Assembly (NCBI GenBank): GCA_002269645.1
Contig: NIVC01000566.1
Location: 124,001 to 188,000, forward strand
DNA from: Macrostomum lignano
Taxonomy: Eukaryota
Reading direction: 5' to 3'
DNA length: 64,000 bases
Shown: positions 58,546 through 64,000 of the stretch, piece after piece
Numbering within the stretch: the stretch's first letter is position 1
Layout: the number at the start of each line of letters is the position of its first letter
Notes under the pieces: generated by a model
Seen by the model: only the letters and a program-made list of their open reading frames with translations
Told to the model about the DNA's origin: nothing
Databases searched by the model: none
Program-made: the position numbers and the translations under genes

Positions 58546-59597
58546 AAAGAAAAATTTAATTTTTATGTTTTTGTTGACGTTCATTTTCCTACTAAATTAC
58601 ATTTACATGTAATATGACAATTTGTCCAAGCCTGTCCACGGCATTTGTTATATTTTCATACTCTGCCTTTTTGCCCCATTGCCCGGCTGCAATTTTTGTT
58701 AGAACAGACGCCGTAAATATGTACTACTAACTTTTGTGCGTATTTATACATGCATGAAGTATTCCAACCTTCTTCCGTCCTCGACAACTTAAAAAAATCT
58801 CCCTCTTCAAAAAGGAATCAATTTGAATTATTTAGCTTCGACCTCTTCGACCACAACTACCTTCTTAGCTCGAAGAAGTCAGCAGGCGAATACTTCCCAT
58901 CTGCATTATAACTTAATTCTTTTACAGCGACGCAATCTGATCTATAAATTCTGATTAACTGATGTGATCATCCTCTCTGAGAGTTCGGTATAGTCATGAT
59001 GGCTGATAAGTGATAAATGGTTAAATATTATAAATAATACATTTAAGATGCAAAGGCAGAGATAATAGCTACCGACACCTACATGAAAACCGGAAAACAG
59101 GGTCTAGTCAGTAAATTAGCGATTGTTATTTATAAGTACGCCATTTCTAAGAAACGTTCGGTAAAACAAAATTTCTAAGTAGATTAGAGCTGAGGTTATT
59201 TTCAGTTTTCATAAGACTTAAAAAATTAACTAATACAACAATTAAAAAGCATCAAAGCAATAATCTTATGACATATTAGTATCAACATCGTTACACGGCG
59301 AAAAAACAACCGCGTATTATAAATTATTTCATAACTTAATGGGCGCATGCATTGAGAGCGCGAGCAATTGACTTAGGAGACTCTCTCACTGAGCACCTAA
59401 TTCATACTATTCTGTCTCTAAAGTCATTAACCTAAACTATCAAACTAAAACTTTTTTTGCAGCTGCTATACTGTGCCCCATTATAAAGTGAACCATTTCT
59501 ATAACTTACACTTCTTACGAAACTGTCGACTGACTGACTGTACTGTAGTTAGATTAAACAGTAGACTTAGCTAATCACATTTTGCTTTAAAAAAGGA

Positions 59598-59636
59598 ATG
59601 AGTGTCGTTCAAAAGATAGCAGAAATTGAAGCCGAG
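59598..59636 (+). CDS. DRG1: Developmentally regulated GTP-binding protein 1, first coding exon; remaining exons not found in the window
   Basis: ATG...MSVVQKIAEIEAE|GTGAGT matches the DRG1 N-terminus (KIAEIEAE) followed by a consensus donor. Only 13 codons are visible. Confidence 0.75.
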
Positions 59637-59967
59637 GTGAGTAATAATTTTGATGAATCAAAGACATTTTGTGAATATATATATGAGCTAGTGTCTTAGA
59701 AGTGATCAAAATTGTGTTTCACTTTTTACTAGGCCTAAGGCTGTCTCTAAGACAAGACCAATTCATAGGAGCTTAGGGCCTATTCTAAATAGCAAAGGCG
59801 GCAGCTGTTGTAAATTGAGTATATCATCAAAATGCTATTATTATTAAATTATAGGTTGATAGTCATTTAGTCTACTGCCAGTTTGTCTGCCATTCTTTTA
59901 TCTGCAAAAATACAATGCAATAATTTCGTCTACCATAGAATTTTAAGATGAAGGTATGACACCAGTA

Positions 59968-60325
59968 TAAGGGGGCTGTAGCCCAGCAGTTTAGCAAGGC
60001 TCTGGTATGCTAGCAACCCAGGCTCAATTCCAAGTGCAGTCATTAATTGGGGCTGAATTGGAATCTTGGCTTGGCTCTGCTTGTGCAATTAATGGCCTTG
60101 AGAGCCAACCCCCCAAGGCGCAGTGAATTGTACATGCCTAACGATAAAATAAAGTTAGGGCTGCTGTACACCTATATGAGTGTGTGCCTGCGTATATATA
60201 CAAGTGCTTGTATGCCTGCTCAGGGGAGTCAGCAGAATAGGCAATAATGCCTTTCGCCGGTTGTATGCCTATGTTGCTTAAAGTGTGCCAAGGTGCACAC
60301 AACCCCCTGCAGCTGCTTATAAAAA
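59968..60325 (+). mobile_element. tRNA-derived SINE, family 1, copy 3
   Basis: GGGGGCTGTAGCCCAGCAGTTTAGC...GGCTCAATTCC head, ATAAAAAA tail, and 12-bp TSD ATGACACCAGTA (59956-59967, 60326-60337). Confidence 0.85.
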
Positions 60326-60341
60326 ATGACACCAGTACATA

Positions 60342-60649
60342 CATACATGCGCAACTTCCAAAATTCGGTTGGCTATGTGACTTAGTTTTAACAAAATGCG
60401 ACGTAGTTTTTGGCCAAAAATGCGACTTACATGTAAAAACCCTAGCGTAATTAGCGTAAAGCAAAATTAACACTACTTTGGGTAAATGGCAGGAGTAACT
60501 ATGACTGTCTTATTAATTCAAAATGCCTCATCAGCTACTTAGTAATATTACTTGGGTATTTTTTGAGTGGGCATTTTTGTGACTTCTTTGTTTGGCCACC
60601 AAATCGGTCGGCCACATTGGCCAACTCGGCCGACTGTTGCGCATGTATG
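60342..60649. mobile_element. hAT-type MITE, family A, copy 2 (308 bp)
   Basis: TIR CATACATGCGCAAC; perfect 8-bp TSD AGTACATA (60334-60341, 60650-60657). Confidence 0.9.
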
Positions 60650-61235
60650 AGTACATATAATATTGAAAACAAAATATGTATATCTTAAAAAGTACTTACA
60701 CTTATAGTGGTAGTGAAGATAAAGAACTCATTATGTTAGAAGCACAAGCATACATGTATCTAAAAATATTGATTCTTCTTAAGTGACCCAAACATCAACT
60801 TACAGGCTATACTCAATTGTGAACTAACTTTTTGTTTATGAGTAAGCATTGCAATATGGATAGCCAGGGGTGCGTCTAGAGGTTTCAAGATGGGGGGCCT
60901 AGTTAGGGCCCAGTAAAAACTGAAAGGGCAATGCCAATATCTTGAATTAAGTTTTTTAATTATTTTAAAAGCTAATTTTTACCAAAAAGTAAAAATGATA
61001 TCCAAAAAAGATCTTGCAAAGAATAATGCAATAGCTAAGTTGATTTATTATAACTAACATTCTAAATTTTTTGCCCAAAAACACTTTAGGATTTGCAATT
61101 GGAAATTTTTTGAATGAAAAGCTAAACACAATTTCATTCAACTTCATAATTTACTTTTCCTAGTAGATTCTTATAAAAAAACTGTAGATTCATTTAATTA
61201 TTGGCTAATCTCTGCAAAGTATATATTTTTACTGC

Positions 61236-62590
61236 AAGAGGAAAGGAGAAATAAGAGGAGATTGCAGGGAAGAAAGGGAAAGAGTAGGAAGGGAGAAATG
61301 GGAGGAGAAAGTAGAGGTGAGAAGAGGGAGAGATGAGAGAAGAGGGAGTAGATAGGATAAAGTAGAGAGGAGATGGAAGAGAGTAGAGATGAGAGAGGAG
61401 AGAATAGATAAGAGAAAGTAGAGAGCAGATAGAAGAGAGGAGAGAGTAGAGAGATGAGAGTAGAGAAAGGAGAGATTATAGGGTGGAGATAAGCAAGCAG
61501 AAAGAAGAGATGAGAGATGTTAAAAAGGATAGTACAGTACATATTAGAGATGAGGGAGAGAGGAGATAGATAGAAGAGAAGATTGAGACAAAAAAGGAGA
61601 GAGAATAGAGATCATAGGAGAGATGAGAAATGAGAGCATAGAAGTAGAAAGAAGAGAGGAGAGAGAGAAGAGGAGGGAAGTTTTGAGAGAAGGGAGAGGT
61701 AAGAGTAAGAAGAAAGGAGAGTAGAGAGCAAAGAGAAATGAGAAGAGATAAGAGAGCAAGCAGAGATAAAAGAAGAAAATTGAGAGACAAGAGATTAAAG
61801 GTAAGGGAAAAGAGATAAGGTGGTAGAGATGACAGGAGAAATGAGAGATGAAAGATGAAAGAGAAGAGAGAAGAGAAAAGAGGAGTCAAAGATGGGAAAT
61901 AAAAGAGTACAGGGGAAGACATGACAGAACATAAGAGATTAAAGTTGTCAGAAGAGAAAGGGAAGAAGAGAGAACAGAGACGAGAGTAAACAGACAAGAG
62001 ATGGGGGAGAGTAGAGAGAACAGAGGAGAGAGAAAAGATTATGGAGACGAGAGGAAAGAGTAGGGAGAAGAAAATGTGTGAGAGTAGAGAAGAGAGATAA
62101 AGGGAGAAAGAAGTGGAGTAAAGAAAGAAGAAGGGAGAGAATTAACAACAGGGGGAGAGAGGGGAGAGGAAAGAGGAGAATGGAGAGGGGAGAAAGTAAA
62201 GAGAAGGGAGATGGGGAGTGGAGAGCAGAGAGTAAGAGGAGAGAGGAAATAAGAGAGAGGATATGAGATAAGAGGGAAGGGAAGAGACAAGAGTAGGAGA
62301 GACAGAAGACAGGAGAGCAGAAAGGAAAGAGTGAGGAGAGAGGAGAGAGGAAAGAACAGGGAAGAGATCAGATGAGAGAAGAGAGAGGTAAGAAAAAAGA
62401 GAAATGTGAAGAGATAAAAGAGCAGAGATAAAAGAAGAGAAAGGAGAGATAAGAGAAAAGACATGAGGGAAGAGAGGTGGGGGAAGAGACAAAAGAAGAG
62501 GGGAAGGAGAAGAGAGGAAAAAGGAAATAAGAGATGACAGGAGAGACAAAAGATGAGAGAGAAAAGAGGAAACAGAAGCAAAGATAGAAG
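61236..62590 (+). repeat. ~1.35-kb purine-rich (GA) low-complexity tract
   Basis: The plus strand is overwhelmingly A/G (AGAG, GGAGA, AAGAG words) with no fixed period. Confidence 0.95.
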
Positions 62591-63691
62591 TTTCAAAGGA
62601 TCCGAGGAATGTACATGTAGAGAGAGGCAGAGGTCAGAGTTTTCCTGACTTTTCCAATACATGTTTTAGATTGACATTGCCTGATATTCTACACAGCACC
62701 CTAGCCAACAAGATCAATGCTTGCCTCAAATCTTAATTTTAACCGAATTTACTCCATTTTATGTTCATCTCTATCCTAACTATTAACAAGTTTTTGTTTG
62801 AGTATAACTTTAAATTTTAGAATACGTGCAAAAATAATTTTGGGGATTGGAATTCCATGGGTTCAAGATCCGCAGGTTTCAACAGCTTACAAGTGCTCAT
62901 ATAAAAAATATAGTTTCTAAAGTTAAAATTGTAAAAATATATAAGGTTTTTTAAACTATTTTTTATGAAAATCCAAAGTAATTAAACTGAAAGTGGGGGC
63001 CACAGGGGGGCCTGGCCCTCCCTTGGATGCATCAATTTTAGAATATGTGCAAATTTAGATGCAAATATGCCAATTTTAGAACACTATTACACTATTGACA
63101 TTGGATAGGGCTCATAACAGCCAGCCTTCAAACTCAAACTGCAAACTCTGCCTTCAATATTTGTAACCATAGCTAATTGTAACTCTTATTTTCTCAACAG
63201 AAATTAAAATTTTAGATTTTTTTCTTAGAAAGATTGCAATAAACAAAATTATGCTTGCAAAAAATTACATTGTATTACAAATCATTTTGGTTTTGCATGA
63301 CTTGTAATATCTGCTATAAACTTTCATTTTTCTTTTTAAAAAGTCATTTTGTTTGCTGGCAGAGGAAAAGGTGGCAGATGAAATGACTGCGCACCAAATT
63401 ATGACAAGAATAATTTGTATATTGTTGCCATGCCTACTATGTTGCTTTTAATTTTTACATTTAAATAAAATAACTAAGCTTTCCGCTTATTAACTTTTTG
63501 ATATTTTCATTTCTAGTATAAACCAAGCATGAAGCATGATTAAATTTGATCTATATTTAAAATTATATTGCAATTAAAGTTTCTATTATACAAAGAAAAA
63601 ATAGAGACTACAAACACATTGTGATCGAATGGATGTTTCTGCAGATGAAAATCTAGTACAAATTCAATATTTGCTTGACACAATGTGCTTT

Positions 63692-63985
63692 GGAGGGTTT
63701 GAAGCCTAGTGGTTAGAGTATCACAACTTGAAGGTTGGGGGTTCGATTCCTTTAGAACAATTTCTATTTTTGAGAAAGACACTTAACTTGGTATTGCTTC
63801 AGTTCACCCAGCTGTAAAATGGATGCTAGCATTAGCTATGGTAATTAAGGGTGTGTGGCAACCCCCTAGTCCTTGGACTAAACAGCCGTATGCATCCTTC
63901 AGATGTGCTATATAATAGCTGTGGCTAAGCTTTTGGTTGCACATCTGCCTATTAAGGCATATGTAATCAAACTTTATTATTATTT
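63692..63985 (+). mobile_element. tRNA-derived CORE-type SINE, family 2, copy 2
   Basis: TAGTGGTTAGAG...GGTTCGATTCC boxes and GACACTTAACTTGGTATTGCTTCAGTTCACCCAGCTGTAAAATGG core. The 3' body aligns with 47027-47344. Confidence 0.8.
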
Positions 63986-64000
63986 GGCACATTAGCATGT

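Noticed and set aside
61198-62662. L/S/F-rich 'membrane protein' ORFs on the minus strand (also 31446-31736 and 51033-51335)
   Set aside because: Translations of CT-rich low-complexity DNA.

Overview
Eukaryotic animal genomic DNA: GT-AG introns, GC-rich exons, and AT-rich, CpG-depleted spacers. The innexin plus a PAN-fibrinogen gene point to an invertebrate; a Macrostomum-like flatworm is only a stylistic guess. Host genes reconstructed by hand: a MAK/ICK kinase (- strand, runs off the left edge), YLPM1, a two-exon Mab-21/cGAS-fold protein that looks catalytically degenerate, cytochrome b5, a three-exon orphan gene, a divergent five-exon innexin, a secreted PAN+fibrinogen protein, and exon 1 of DRG1. 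The dominant feature is a 15,358-bp foldback Mutator-like (FB-NOF/Rehavkus-type) transposon at 8893-24250 with a perfect 9-bp target-site duplication (AATTGATGA). Its 3.4-3.9-kb inverted arms each end internally in a 168-bp satellite array. It encodes a DDE transposase that, after a single +1 frameshift at GTT-TAG-A, continues through an RG-rich repeat into a USP-type (Cys-His-Asp) protease-like domain. A second, convergent ORF encodes a ~27x RRQAEETA charged helical rod, and a probable Helitron is nested in the spacer. Elsewhere: an apparently exact 527-bp copy of YLPM1 exon 2 trapped between direct repeats, a truncated Penelope element ending in a minimal hammerhead ribozyme, a decayed RTE-type LINE, two SINE families (one CORE-type), several hAT MITEs with 8-bp TSDs, a long-TIR mariner derivative, and several minisatellite or purine-rich tracts. 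All protein family calls come from motif recognition by eye; no searches were run.
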